DNA of 64,000 bases, taken from the human T2T-CHM13v2.0 reference genome, Homo sapiens. Each line of letters begins with the position of its first letter. Position 1 is the first letter of the stretch. Below the pieces are notes generated by a model. The model was not told the DNA's origin and made no database searches. It saw only the letters and a list, made by a program, of their open reading frames with translations. Positions 40,674 to 55,040 of the stretch are shown piece by piece. The stretch is taken from the NCBI RefSeq assembly GCF_009914755.1, contig NC_060925.1. One strand, given 5' to 3'. Both the position numbers and the translations under genes were made by a program.

Positions 40674-40930
40674 CCTATTTCTCTATCTTATCGTCTATCT
40701 ATTGAGCTAAGTATAAATTCCTCACTCCTATCAGTCATTGGTTGAAGGTTGCTCCAGAGGGGTTAATTCCAGAAACTTCTGGCCTACTATTTGCTGAGGT
40801 AGTCCAGGCTTTCAGAAGCTTCAGAGAAAAGCCCTCAGGCAACAAGATTTTGACAGGTGTGTACAAATTGGCCCCTAGACACTGAGGGCACCAGCATATG
40901 TTGGTGCATCTGAGGGGCCTACTCTGCATC
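40095..40930 (-). mobile_element. ancient ERVL-class LTR (LTR16/33-like) containing a TCTA expansion
   Basis: Reverse LTR end with tttatttgagaa poly(A)-signal context; LTR-like sequence resumes after the microsatellite. Confidence 0.4.
40353..40703. repeat. degenerate (TCTA/TCA)n array with a pure (TCTA)10 core at 40634-40673
   Basis: Directly visible. Confidence 0.95.
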
Positions 40931-42904
40931 TACTGTGGTAACCATTTGGTTTCTGAGAGGGCATTCCTGTGTTGACCACTGAAAGTGTGAAATTTCTTTA
41001 AAGTTTTGTGTTTTAAGATACCAATAAATGTAAAATGTGCATTTTGTTTCATAATATATTTGTTATTAATTATAAATATGAGATGTTTAAAATCACTTAT
41101 CAGTAGAATAACATAATGTTTTGCCCAACCTAAAATTTTTTTACATGAAAGAAATGTCTTAGCCTGACTTCCTTTGAAAGCAGAGCTTAAGACAAGTCTT
41201 GCATGCAAGTTTATTTGGGGACTAATTGCAGGGGCCAGGGGTGAAGGGCTAGGGGCATAGCAAAGCTAGGAAAGCCAAAATAAGGATGAGCTATCAAGTT
41301 GGCTACTGCTGCGGGTTGAATGGTGCTGGATGTTGCTGGGATCATCTAAGAAGCCTATCAAAATTAAATATATTTCAGAACTGTCCAGCGTGGGGACCAA
41401 AGTGGAAGCACGTATCCACTATCGGTTCCCCAGTGGTCAATGGAAACCCCATAGGCATTAACTATGCTCCCTACAATGTGGTGCACACCTGAGTGATGAT
41501 CAGATTCAGACAAGTCCTGGGATAAAAAGCATAGGCCAAGGTTCAGAGTTGTCAGATTACATTTTGGGAAGGTGGTAGGAGCCTGTGCAGAACTGATTGA
41601 TGTAGCAGGGGCTGAAGTGTGGGGTGGGCGGGCTAGGAAGACCTACAATGGTGCACGTGAAGTGCCAATACAGTGATGCTTCAGGAACATGTGAATAAGA
41701 GTTGAGGATGATAAGAGGCATACTCTAGGGGGAGGTGTGTGGTTATTGATATGCTACTCCTTTGCCAAGATCCAGCACTCTTTTGCAGAATCCAGATGCA
41801 TTTTGACAGTCTCTTTCTGTTAAAAGAAATTCAAAATTCATTCTTCCTTTCCCCTCACAATCATTTCTTAATTTTATATTATGATACAGAGTTAATTTAT
41901 TAGCCTTTCAAGGTTATTTGTTAGAATCATAAGTTTTAAGACCATTTGAGAAGATTCAACATATATAAATAATTTTTCTTTCAAAATGTAAAAACCCATT
42001 AATATGAAAACATATGGTATATGTTTCATAAAACAAAACAGAAAATGTAATTACTTATAAATAATCTTCAGTTTGACTCTATTCTCATCATAGCCCACAT
42101 TCTCCATTGTTACTCTTGAAAATGGAACCCTGCTTTTCCAGTATCCATGTAAAGGAAAGGCAATGAAGAGGTGGTCTAATTCCAACTATGCTGGCAGCTA
42201 CAGCTCTCTCGAGCTAGAGACTCAGAGGGAGTCAGGAGAATCATTTATTAGACTAAATATTCAATGTGTAGTGTCATAAAGTAATCAATACTACATCAGC
42301 TGCTGCTGGCCATCCCAGCTCTATTATCTGTGAAATGGGCTGGCATGACATTGGACCCAGGGGAAATGGGAGGAAAGCCTCTGGTCAAAGGATGCTTTAT
42401 TTTACTCTACAGAGAGATGTAAAATGCATATAAATGAATGTTTAAATATTTGATTTAAGCATTTGGTTTTATTGGTTTGAATACACTATGAGTTTTATTA
42501 CCTCAGTGAAGAAGTCTTTTCAAAGAAAGATTATGGAAAGCCTTTTCAGCATGTGTGATTCCCCCCAAAAAAGATGCTTGTACTGTTTTTTTTAGTCATT
42601 CCTAACAATTAATACTACTGAGTCCTAATGAAGAGGATTATAAAATGTTCCCTTACTTGTGACCACTTCAAATCAGAAGGTATATATGATTTCCTCACCC
42701 ATTAAGCAGGCATAATAATCATGCTTTAGTTTAGTATACACGAGATTTAGAACAGTGCTTGGCATATAGTAAGCTCTCAGAAATGGTAGTTGTTAATATT
42801 ATTATGTTTATATGTTGTAACCCGCTTTGGTTACCATATGCTTGTCTAAATCTAGGCAGTAAAAACATCCAAACATTCCAAGCAAATAACAGGCTAAATA
42901 AAGA

Positions 42905-43132
42905 TGCTATTAACAGTACTACAACTATAGTTAATAACATACTGCATGCTTGAAAATCACTAAAAGAGTAGAATTGAAGTGTTCTCACCACAAAAAAATG
43001 ATAAGTATATGAGCTAATGCATATGTTAATTAGCTAGATTTAGTCATTCCACATTGTATTCATATTTCAAAACATGTTGTACACCATAAATGTATATAAT
43101 TTTTGTCTATTAAAGATAAATTTAAAAAAACA
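42905..43132 (+). mobile_element. L1MA/MB 3' end
   Basis: gtgttctcaccacaaaaaaatgataagtatatgag...gtacaccataaatgtatataattttt. Confidence 0.8.
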
Positions 43133-43299
43133 AATAATAATAAACAAGAACACAACTATTTTTAAACCTAAAACTTTAACACCAAAGGCAATGCATAATT
43201 TTGAAAATGAAGTATGTGGAAAATTTAAGCCATATCTTCAATTATTTCTCAAATATCCTCAATGTATATATTATAGGTAAAATGTACCAGAAACAAATT

Positions 43300-45850
43300 T
43301 CTTCATTTATTCAGCAGATCTTTAGTGAATTTCTACAATGTGCTAATGCATTAGGTGCAGAAGATTCATCAGTGATGAGGACAGTCAGAGTCCCTGTCAT
43401 CAGTGGGCTTCAACTATAATGAGAAAGACAAGACAATGAAAAAGTAAGCAAATATATAAATAAGGTAACTATGGATTGTAATTAGAGTTTAGGAAAAATA
43501 AACATAATGAGATAGACAATATCTGTGGGAGGCTACTCTAGAGGAAGGCTAGTGAAGACTTCTCTGAGGAGGTGACATCTTTGCCAAATGTTGAGAATGA
43601 GAATGTCAGTCAAGTGAAATGGGGGTAAGAGGAGAGGAGGGAGAGGAAGCATTTCAGATAGAAAGATCAGCACATGCAAAGTCCTAGAGGAAGAAAAAGA
43701 GTTGGTGTGTTCAAACAATATACAGGAAGGAAGACGATGTTCTTGCACTATTGTGAATGAGGGGAGTGTTGTGCAGAGTGAGGTTGAATAGGGCACAAAC
43801 CTATGGTTAGAAACTTGGTTTTATTCTGAGAGAAATAGGATAACATTGAAGGATTTTAAGCAAGGGATAATGCAATCTAACTTATCTTTTTAAATATCTT
43901 ACTATTTTATGGGGAATGAGTAATTGGTGTTGTGGGAGTGATACGAAACAGAAAACCAATTCAGAGACTGTGGAAGGAGTCCTGGAAAGAAACAGTGCCT
44001 GGAATATGGTGGCTGTACAGATGGAGAGCAGTGAAGTGACTTGAGATGCGTTTTGGATCTGTAGGACTTGTTGACGGCTTGGAAAGAATGGGGAAAGAAA
44101 GAGTCATTGATTTTGGCTTGAATAATTCAGTGGACTGTGGTTCTGTTTCCTGAGTTGGGAAGGACTTTTTTGTCTTATGAGATGCCTATTACACATTCAA
44201 GAGGAGTTTGCAAGTAGGTGGTGGTGAAGTCTGGACTTTGATCTAGGTATAAATTTGAAATTTGTTATCATAGATGATATTTAAAAGTGCAGGAATGAAT
44301 GTGACCACCGAAGGATGCTGCTGAAGAAATACGTGTAATAAGAACAAAAAAAAGTGATCATGGATTTGGCAACAAAAGGTTGTTGGCAACCTTAATAGAT
44401 TGAAAAGTGACTTGAAAATAAGAAAGTAGAGCTAGCAGATGTAGACAATTCATTCAGGGAGTTTTGTTGAGGAAAGAAGGAGAAAGAGAACATGCTGGAT
44501 TGGGGACTATGAGCTTAAGAGAGTTTTTGTTTTTTTTAAGATGGAAGATAGTGAAGGTATATGGGAGACAGTGAAAATATATGTAAAAATATATGGGAGA
44601 TAGTGAAAATATGTGTGGAAATGATCTGACAGAGAGAATGGGTGGATGGTAGGGCATGGGGAGATGGCTGAAGCTGTGCACTTCTTGAGAAGGTGAGAGG
44701 GTTGGAGCAAAAGCGCCTGTGGAAACAATTTCTTTTGGTAGGTGTAAAGACACTTAAAATTGCAAAGAGGAAACATGTGCAGAATTGATTTGCACTATGA
44801 AGGAATTCTAATCTAGTAGTTTCTATTTTTTTAATGACTCTGTGGCAACATCCTCATCGGAAAGGATAGAGAGGAGGTTTAAAGAGAAAGGAAGGTCATC
44901 TTGGAAGGGGAAAAATGAACTTACTTGGGAAAAATTTTAACGTTGCTGGGGATTGGTATCTGATCATTTTAGGTCTGTTATCATGAAGTTACGGTGAAAC
45001 CAAGAAGCCAATGTGTGATATTTTTTAGATTCAGCTGCTGAGTGGCAGGCAGGCAAGAGGAAGAGAACAAAAAAAGGTTCCCAGTTAATTACAATGGAAT
45101 GAAATATGATGAGGAAGTTGAGGGTGTTTCCTAGAGAATGATTATAGTCATGGATCTTACATCTAGTTTGAATAAGAAGGAAAATGAACAGGATGGGAAT
45201 GAAAAAGTAGTGAGGCCATGGATGAAGGTCAGAGTGAAGTAGAATGAATGAAGTGAACATTCTAGAATGAGCTAGAAGAAGAGAAGTATCAAAGTGGTAG
45301 ATTTCAAATGGAAATTTTGGTGATGACTCATTTACTGATATTTACAAGGTGTCAGTTTTAACAACAGGAACGGTTGGCTAAAGTGGAAGAGAACTATATG
45401 GAGGTGAAATAGAAGAACTGGTAAACCAAGGTTTCTGATGAGACATCATGTGGTTGCTGAAGTCTGAAGGAATGTTAAATGCTGTAGGGGTAGAAGAAAT
45501 GTAGGGAGTCAGCAATGTCTTCAATAAATGGGGGGCCATATGAATGAAGTCCATAGAGGAGAGCACAAGAAGGTGGGTGGCATAGCAAGATGGCGTAGCT
45601 TCAGAGAAGCTGTGGGTTTTGAAAGCTTTTGGAGAAATAAACTGTTTAGAAGCAGCTATGTGGGTCAAAAAGAACACCGGCTCCTTTTCTGTCCCTGAGA
45701 CAGCTGCAGAGAAGAATTTTAGATAAGCACAGTGCAAAGGGTCATTTAAAGAAAAGGTGAAAATATGAGTAGGTTTGTTGGCCACAGATCTGAAGTTTCA
45801 GAAGGCACAGTGAATAGGTGAAGGAGGGGTAGGAAAGGGTTACTTGGGAA
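43300..45850 (-). mobile_element. long diverged L2 remnant
   Basis: ttcatttattcagcagat L2 tail in reverse, followed by a purine-rich L2 body. Confidence 0.65.
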
Positions 45851-46681
45851 AGGTAACAAGATGTCACTCCTGTCCATACTGAATGTTTTGAAAAACTTGG
45901 ATTTCAGAGAGTAATCGACTGTTCTCTTCTGAGTGCTGATGAGGTGATATAAAACACAAACCAGCCATACCCAGCTATTAGACACAGACATGCCCCGAGA
46001 AAATGTATGTAAAAACCACTCTGTGACACACAATTGCATAAATGTTTGAAATCTTTGAACTATCACTCATGTGTATTGTGGAATGTTTGCATGATTAAAT
46101 GTTAGGTTGCAGCATTTACTTAAGGAGCCTCATTGGGTTCCCACTTCTGTTTTGTGGGTGATCAGTTTTTAGGCTGGGCTAGACTTGGAAATTTCTCTTG
46201 TCACTGAGAGTTGCTGGGTAGAAACTTACAGAATGAAACTTTCAGGTTAGAATAGAAAACACATGTTGAGTTGCTGGTTATAGGCATTGTTTTTTTCATA
46301 TTGCAGTGTAGAGGGCAAAACATCTCCTTGAGAAACAGTGGACTAAGACTCTGTTATTTTGAATTTGAATTCTGAGTGACTGTAGACACAGAGCCTGGAT
46401 TAGTGCTGTCATACAAAAAATCAGCCACAACAACACGCATATGGGAAAAGAACAGCATTGTCAGGAAAAAATGGACACTAAGAGAAAGAAGAAAGCAGAG
46501 GCAAGAGGCTCCAGGCTTCACTAATTCCTAGCGAGTAGATTTAATATAAGAACATCACTGTTCATTTATAGGTTTTTTTTGTGTGTAATTATGCTAATGC
46601 ATGTACAGTAACCTTTTAAATTTCAGTTTCCTAATGTTGGTTGTTATGCTCAATCACTTTTGTTTTTTTTTCCTCCTAAAG

Positions 46682-46791
46682 TCCCAAGACAAAGAATATC
46701 TCTTGATACTATTAAATATAGATGTCTGGACTGAATTGAGCTTACACGACAATTGCAGTCAAGATTCTGCAACTCAGAACGGGCAAACCAG
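46682..46791 (+). other. candidate 110-nt internal exon of a + strand spliced transcript
   Basis: Branch-like ctaat/ctcaat; long pyrimidine tract cttttgttttttttttcctccta; AG at 46680-46681; donor CAG|GTAAGC at 46792; non-repeat flanks. Confidence 0.6.
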
Positions 46792-48360
46792 GTAAGCGGT
46801 GCCATTTTTAGAACGTTGTTTTAATAAGGTTTATTCCTGTCTTGGTCGGCTGCATTTTACATTTGTAATCGTCAGGCTGTGAGTGTGAAGAGTTATTGCC
46901 ATGACGACCAGGACTGACTGACTTGCCTTTCAGAAATGGTAACGATTCAGCATGTTTGTAGATGATATCTGTGGTTCTCAATGACTTTCTAGAAGGTAAT
47001 ACGGTTTTGGCAGATGTTCCCAGTGGTGTGGAAAGACTACTGGATGAGAAAAAATGTGAACTGTGTTCTAGTCCTGCCTCTCCCTGAACCAGGTGTATAG
47101 CCTCAGGAAAATCTCCACCTATTGGGGGCCTCAGTTTCTTCATCCATTTAATAGGAAGCTATAGCTAGGTTATATAGTCTTTAAGGTTGTTTACAGTTCC
47201 AAATTTCTCTGATTTCTTACACTTATATATTTATGAGACTGTTGAGCAAGGTAGTCTATCTACTCACTTCATAATCCTGTCTTCACTTTTAAACGTTTTG
47301 TGAATTCTGTATTTTTAAATCTTACCTTCAGAACTGGTTTGAATCACAAAGAAAAACACTTCTTAATTTTATAATTTTTGATCCAGATTTTTATTTTTTA
47401 AAAAACCAAACAGCTCCAAACACTTGCAGGTTAAAAATTATCCGCGAAGAAAGAACAGGTCTAAAAATGTTTTGAGCAATTGTAGCTTGATTGGGATACA
47501 AGTGTAATTTTTCAAGGTAATAGATCTGAATGCCTCAACTCATTTGATACACATGTGTACACTGGATTTTTTAAAAAATATCAAAGCCTGCACTTCAACC
47601 AGCGGTTATTTTGATTATTGTTCGCAATAAAAACATGAACTAACTGCTTTGTGAATATGTTCTTTGTTCTTCTTGGCTGCGTATAGTGGCTGGCAATCCT
47701 TTTTAGCCATCATATATAATAGCTATCTAACTCTTGATTTTTGTGTAACATAAAGCGGTGTTTCATAATGAATCATTTTGTCTGTTCGTGTTCAAGTGCC
47801 CTATCTATTCTATCATTTGAAAAGCTAGTTATGATAGTATGGTTTCAATTGTCAGACATTCTCTTTATTCTAAAAAAATAGGTTGACCCACATTTAGATG
47901 TTTTCCTACTCAAAGGACTTTGAAAGAACTTTTTATGTAACACTTAGTCATTGCCCTTTTCACAGTCCCTCTTCCGCTGCTTCTAATTAGGCTCTTTGGT
48001 AGCTGGAATCGTCATTTCCCTGGCATGAAGGCACATGGTACCAACTTGTTGGTTGCTTGATTTGGAGGGTCAAATATGGACTTGCTTCTTTTGGTCTACC
48101 TTGCTATTGTGCTTTTTGCAGGTGGAGTTGACTTAGGTTTGTCTTTTCACTTTGGCCTTTCTTATCTGTTCACGTTTTCATCTTTATTTCCTAGTCTTCT
48201 CCCTCTATTCTCTGACATTCACTTAATCTAACCCCTTTTATCAGGTCTTCCAATATTTCCCTTTCTTGTGCCTTAAATGTTTCTAGACTTTCATCTGAAT
48301 TTATGTGCTTACCTTGATCTTTTCTCATTTTCTAATACTTATAAGCTCATGTCTTCATAT

Positions 48361-48528
48361 CAAGGCGGGCTTCATGGGCACATGACCTATGCAGGTACAC
48401 GCTTAGAAGGACCCCACACTTGGTTTAGTGCTCTGCTCTTACCATCTTATTTTTTTTAATACGTTTTGAACAAGAACCTCTGCCTGTTCATTTTGTATTG
48501 GTCCCCACAAGTTAGGTAGATGTTCCTG
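48361..48528. mobile_element. MER91A-like (hAT-Tip100)
   Basis: ggcttcatgggcacatgacctatgcag...gcttagaaggaccccacacttggtttagtgctctgct. Confidence 0.7.
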
Positions 48529-49274
48529 GTTGTAGTTATTTTTTCCCCTTTCTAGTTGGGTAAGTGGTTTTTGTTTTAATCTTGAATTCTTTTTCATTCC
48601 TCATAATATTTTTAATTTATTCCCTTCCTGTGGTACACTATTCTGACTGCTATTTTAATGTAGTCATATTAGCTCCTTTTATTTCTCACATCCTTCAGGA
48701 ACATTTAGCTTTATAGAAAAATTGTATATAGTCAACTTTTTATTAGCCACCCTGACTAAGAAAGAAGAGAATGAGAGAATCAATAAAGATTGCAGTTCGC
48801 AAAGGGAATAATTTTGGGAGAGCACTGTATGGTTTTTCCCCTTTGTGAGACTTATCTTTTTATTCTTGTTTGCTCAGGTTAATTGGTTTGCACTCCCTGA
48901 ATACACAATAATTGGTGGTTGGGGGACCCTGCTGAGTGGCAGAGGTTAGCTAACCTGAAGTTAAATATCTCTACTAACAAAGGAGATTGATTGTCCCTAT
49001 ATTTTCTGTTTCTAGACATAAGAAATGAATCATTTTTTGGTTTTCAGTTTTACCTGAGGAGATTAGTAGGATGTAAAGACTTTTCTAATAATATTAAAAC
49101 ACCATTTTTGGATTTGACAAACCAAATTTCCCATCCTTATCTTTTTATCTGGTGGCAGTCTGAATCAATTTACCCTGTGATCCTGTCTGCTGGGAAGCAT
49201 TGAAATAGTAAGGAAGTCTGATGTGCCTGCAGGTTAATCCAGCTGTCTGGGTGTAAGTTATTATTATTATTTTA

Positions 49275-49500
49275 TTAAAAACAGTTTATGTCACTTATTA
49301 GGTGCCAGGCATTTTTCTACACACTTAAAAATACAATTTGATTTAATCCTATGAGGTAGGTATGATTAATTATCCCTATAATATAGTTTAAGAAACTGAG
49401 GGAAAAGTAAGTTATATGACTTTCCCAAAGATACTGCCATTTAATGTTAGAATGAGGATTTGCACCAGGACAGCCTAGTTCAAGTTCCTGTGCCTACACC
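49275..49500 (-). mobile_element. MIR SINE
   Basis: cacttattaggtgccaggca...cctatgaggtagg...agaaactgagg. Confidence 0.7.
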
Positions 49501-51284
49501 CTATATCATGCTGCTGTTCTTTTATTATTATTATTATTTTTAATTTTATCTATTCAGCCCCTTATAGAGTTGGAAGTCTGGATGACTGACGGAATAAAGC
49601 CTTATGGTAAAGGACTTTCTAAAAGTCTCTATTTCTTTACTTTTCTTCAGTTGGCAATACATAATAACAATGTAAGTGATTCACAATATGTAAACATCTA
49701 AACAAACCTAGATACTAAAACTGCATGTGACTCTAAAGTGAAAATATCTGAGATGCCACCTGGATCTTACTGAGACAAATACTTGACAGTATATTCCTGG
49801 GGACTAACGTTAAAGAGATGCTTCACTAACTGTCACAATCCCTTTTGGAAACTTGTGATCACAGCTGGTGACATCCCTGACATCTTTTATCTGTTCCCAT
49901 ACTTTTTCTTTCGGCTAGACATTACAGACTGTGGAGTTAGATGGCCAATCAATGTGCTGCTTCAGAATCAATAGATCTCAGTAAGCATTCCATTAGGCCC
50001 AGGAGCCTTTCCATTTCTCAGTTCTGTCTGGGCTTTGCACATTCTTTCATGAAAAAAGAGAGTTTGGGGATTATTTTCTCTACCTGTAGCTTCTCATGGA
50101 CAAATGAATCCCCTATCATTATAGAAATCTAGTCAATAAAGCTGTCAGAATTCTTAAAACATTGACAGTAAAGCCAAGTTCGTGTACCTAACCTCTGTAG
50201 TAAGTTCTGAGTGTGAAATATAAGAGGAGGAAATGATATTTATAAGAAAGTGCCTTGAAGTTAAAAAAAACACAAGGTAAAAATATTAGATGATAGAAAA
50301 GAATCATGAACTTGCAAGTTGGGAGAACTGAGTTCGTGGCTTGGTTTTGCTACTGAGAATTCTGGTTAGTTAAATCTCTGCAAAATGAGTGAATTTAACC
50401 TGATAATTGTTAGTGTTCAGAACAATTAACCTGATAATTATTAGTGTCCAAATGCCACATTTTTTAACTTTAAATAATTTTACTCCCACAAGCCCATTTC
50501 TATCCCAGGTTCCCAGACAGATAGACATCTGTGGAATTTGCATGTTCCAAAGTAGTACGAGAAATGGCACAGGACTGTTGTTAGTATGGCCTCTACTCCT
50601 TTCTCTTTCTAGCACCTAAGCATCAAGGGTGGAAAGGGAGACTGGAAGTGCAAGTCTGAAAGGAGAAAAAAGAAGGTGAAACCAGTCTGCAGGAGAAATG
50701 ACTGGGAATTTAGAAGGAGTGGGCACCCACAAGAGAAGAGAAGACACGAAGTGAGAAAAGGCTGCTGCTTGCCAAGGCACTTTTAAGAACGGGACATCTT
50801 ATCACTTTTCAGTTGTTTGAGCTTCTTGCTCCCCAGACTTTCAGCTAAAATTGTGGCTGTTTTGTTGGCGGAAATCAGTGAAAAGAAAATGAGTTCTGTG
50901 TCTAGTTCAGTTTACAGCAGAGGCAAGACGATGCCTGAAGCAGGTGGCAAGGAGTGAAAGGGGAGTGTGCATGGAAGCAGCAGGTCAGAGCCAGAGTTTA
51001 TCATGAAAGTCTGAGCCCTCGCAAACATGGTTCATGCACAACCCATAAAATTTCATCAAACTCTCAGTCTCAAAAATTTGTGTAGGAAGAGCCTGACATG
51101 AATGCTGCAAATACATGATTATTATTCCTAGACATATCTAAGGGCATCTAAAATTATAAAATTTATAGTGATATTGCTTAAATTACATTTTTGAATATCT
51201 CACTCATACATGTATTACCTATATTATTATACTGTTAATTATACCTTCATTGATTTTTTTTAAATTTTATTCTTTTGTTTTAAG

Positions 51285-51349
51285 TTTAGATGTGGATGCA
51301 TTTTCTAAAAACTACAAGATTACCCAAACAGAACCGATTGAATTTCAAG
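51285..51349 (+). other. candidate small exon (65 nt, or 60 nt from 51290)
   Basis: T-rich tract, tandem acceptors taAG/tttAG, donor AAG|GTTAGG at 51350. Confidence 0.35.
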
Positions 51350-54109
51350 GTTAGGAAGTTTTTCTAATAATAATTTATGGTCCAAGTATAATGTGATGAA
51401 GTGTGCTTGTAGGTACCAACCTGAGACTATATTTGGCAAGAGTTGAATAAAATATGGGGGAAATGATTTCTAGCCTTGTTAGAAATGCCCTCAGAATGCA
51501 TTGTTATTTCTAAAGAATGCTGCATTGTATATATGCAGATATTTTTCAGCCAAATCGCTGAATTTGTAGAGATTTCATATCACATAAGATTTGTTTCCAA
51601 TGCATTTTCTTCTGAAACTATAAGAAGACTAGCTTCTCTCTTAATTTCTAAGAAAAATGTTATAAACCTTTATTATGATGGTACAATTTATGAAACAATG
51701 TAAATTTTACATTTTCACTTTTGAGAGTTATTTTTCCCCAAGCCTCTGCCTTTTTTGAGTATTTGCAAAGCTCTGCAAATGACAGGCGCATCCACAATGC
51801 AAAGAATAATCTTCCTTTGGGGCTGTTCCTGGGGTAGTGATTAGTAGCGTCTTCACTGAATATTTAACTTCCTCAAAACTGCTTATCTGTGCTGTGGATC
51901 AGTGCAAGATCTGGGTGAGCTGTTGCTACTTTACATAATTAAGTTTCTCTTGCCAAAAAAAGAGAAAGTAACAAAATATGAAGCAAAAGAAGCCGAAAGT
52001 TGGACTTTTAAAACATTCTCCCTTCATGTTATTTTCTCATTGAAAATAACCTGAAACAAAAGCAAAATATTTGAGATTTAGGAGGGAGTTTATGCAGATC
52101 AGTCAGGTTGACAGCTCACATTTTCTTGCAAAACTCTTAGGAATTTTCCTCCGCAAATCCCTCCGCAGTCAGTGATAAGTACTAAATGCCACAAAGAAAA
52201 CAATTTCCCATTGTTCAAAAACTGACTGGTGAAGTATTGTGGGTGAGGCAAAAAAGAGGGTAGGGAGAGAAATTCTATTGTAGGGAAACTAATGCCAGAC
52301 AGAGCTATTAACTCAAATGTACTGAAATGATAGATAATTCAAGCTTCTCATGTCACTTTAAATTAGTAAAAAATCACTGCACAGGATTTGTGCTTAATCC
52401 CATTTTTTATATGTAGAAAATAGGCCCCAGAATTAGGTTGACGTGTACTTTTAATGTGTAGATAGGACATCTACTCACTTTCTAGGCATGTGTGGATGAA
52501 AAAGACTTTGCTTGCTTAGTTGCACGTCATTCTTAGTTCCTTCTCTTTTGAGTGTGCTAGCGTACCCAATGGAATCCCCTCCCCTGTATTTATTGAACGC
52601 TTTAATGTATGGGGGTGTCTTTTCCTGGTTAGTGTAATAGGAAAAATTGCATTTGCTTATCTATTGCAAATGAAAATCATCTGGGGAATATAAAAAGCAT
52701 TTTCAATTCTGCTACCATTATTTCAGAAGCAATCAAATGCAGAGGAATGAAAGTCAAACACGGAGAAAAATGCTGATGGATTGGGCAATGTGCATGGCTC
52801 TCTGGGACCATCATTATTTCAGTATTCAAGAGGAAAATGCACATTTGAAAGATGGTAAATTCCATCACATACAATCAATCATTCATCTCCTCTAGCAACA
52901 ATAATTGTGGAGGAGATAGTGTTCAGACATTAACTAGGTAGTCATCCCTGCTTGTTTGTTAGTTTGTTTCAAGGCATACTAAATCTTATGCAACGTTATG
53001 TGGACATCTCAGATGATTTTCAGATATTGGTACTTAGTACCAATCACCTGCAAATAATGAGGTCAAAGTAAACACTGCAACCTCAAAGGGCAAGATGCTT
53101 AGCATTGTCTTTCATCTAAAACATTTTGTCCTTTCATTCCAGATTTTAAAAATAGGTTATCTGCCTGCATTTTATGCATTTTTCTATCTTTATAATCTGA
53201 AGGTGATTTTATTAATACAGTAAATCTTGGTCAAGTGATACTTTAGGAAGATGCTTTTTCTGGGTAAACTAAAAGCCTGACGTGGCTCTTCCTGATGTTC
53301 TTAAATATTTTATTAGCAATGTCTCTCCTCACCCCTTGCCTATTCATAGTCTCTTTCAGTTTAATGATATAAAGCAGGTGGTAGGGTTGTCAAAACTGGG
53401 TTTCCATTAGAAACAATCTCTGGGAATGTGGTGTATTTTCTCCCTTATTTTTCTCATTATTAGATATCTCAGGCTCAAAGGCCCATATGGCAGTTTGGAG
53501 AAAGATATGTCCTGTTCAAAACCAATATTCTGAGAGTTTGAGAGCCGTGAAATCAGATATCATAGTTTTTACACTTTTTCAAAGCTTTCAATTGTGAATT
53601 CTGGATTTCTCTTTTTCTTTCGAACTCTGAAAAAAGCCCAATCTCTAACAGCACCTCCCCTCCCACCCCCTTCTGGTACTGGCTGTAGCAGTACTTAGGA
53701 AGGGAAGAGTGTCTTACAGGAGGTGGAGACACATTTATACACCAGTCTTCATGCTTGGGAAAAAGCGATTTAGTCACTGTTAACTTCTTTAATTATTGAT
53801 GGTTCAGAAAATGTTATCTTTCTTATCTTTTATTTGTAACACTTTTCCCTAAATAAAAGTGAGGCTGGATATTCAAATTATTATTTAGTGCAAGAAACTA
53901 AAAATAGCTTTCCCTCTTTTTAGATTTTTTTTGACAACAGAGATGATACATTATATGTGTATATTTTACCTTAATAAAAAGACTTAAAAAAAAAGAAAAT
54001 TAAAGAGAAAAATAGAAAGAAAGGTAGGAAAGGCATAGAAGGGGATATGACACTTTAGAATCTCCTAGCTTAGAATGTGACAGAAGGAGAGTGTTAGTAA
54101 AACTGAGGA

Positions 54110-54426
<317 letters not shown>

Positions 54427-54479
54427 GCCATTCCCTGCTTTATTTGACATAATCTAAAAGCTCCTATCATTTCCTCCTT

Positions 54480-55040
54480 TTAAAACCTTTTATTGAAATA
54501 CAATATACACACAGAAATGGGCACATATCATAAGTACATAGCTGGATGCATTTTCACAAGCTCACACACCAGGTAATCAATACCCCAGACCAAAACAAAC
54601 AAACAAACAAACAAACAAACAAGAAGCAGGCCTAACAGCATCCAGAAGCCCTCCTCGTGTTTCCTTCCAGTTACTACCCCTCTCTCCCAAGGGTGACTGC
54701 TATCCCAACTTCCAGCAGCATAGCCTGTTTTTTGTCATTTGGCATATATAAATGAAAAATATTATATATACTATATATATAGTATATATGTATAAATAAA
54801 TAGTTTATATATGTCTAGATATCTCATAGTGTATATACTGTATATATTACATATTGTATACACTATATGACATGTACTATATATCTATAATAATGTAGAT
54901 AGTATATATCTATATATACTAGTATACTATATACAATAAATGGAATAATGCAGAATACACTCTTTTGCCTGCCTTCTTTCACTCATATTGTGTCTGTGAG
55001 ATTCCTCTATGTTGTTGCATGCTGTTTTAGATTGCTCATT
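54480..55040 (-). mobile_element. L1ME-type 3' end with (CAAA)n and TA-rich expansions
   Basis: ttttattgaaatacaatatacacacagaaa...tttcactcatattgtgtctgtgagattc. Confidence 0.65.

Noticed and set aside
40382-40710. Hydrophobic I/Y/L/S-rich ORFs
   Set aside because: Translation of the TCTA microsatellite.
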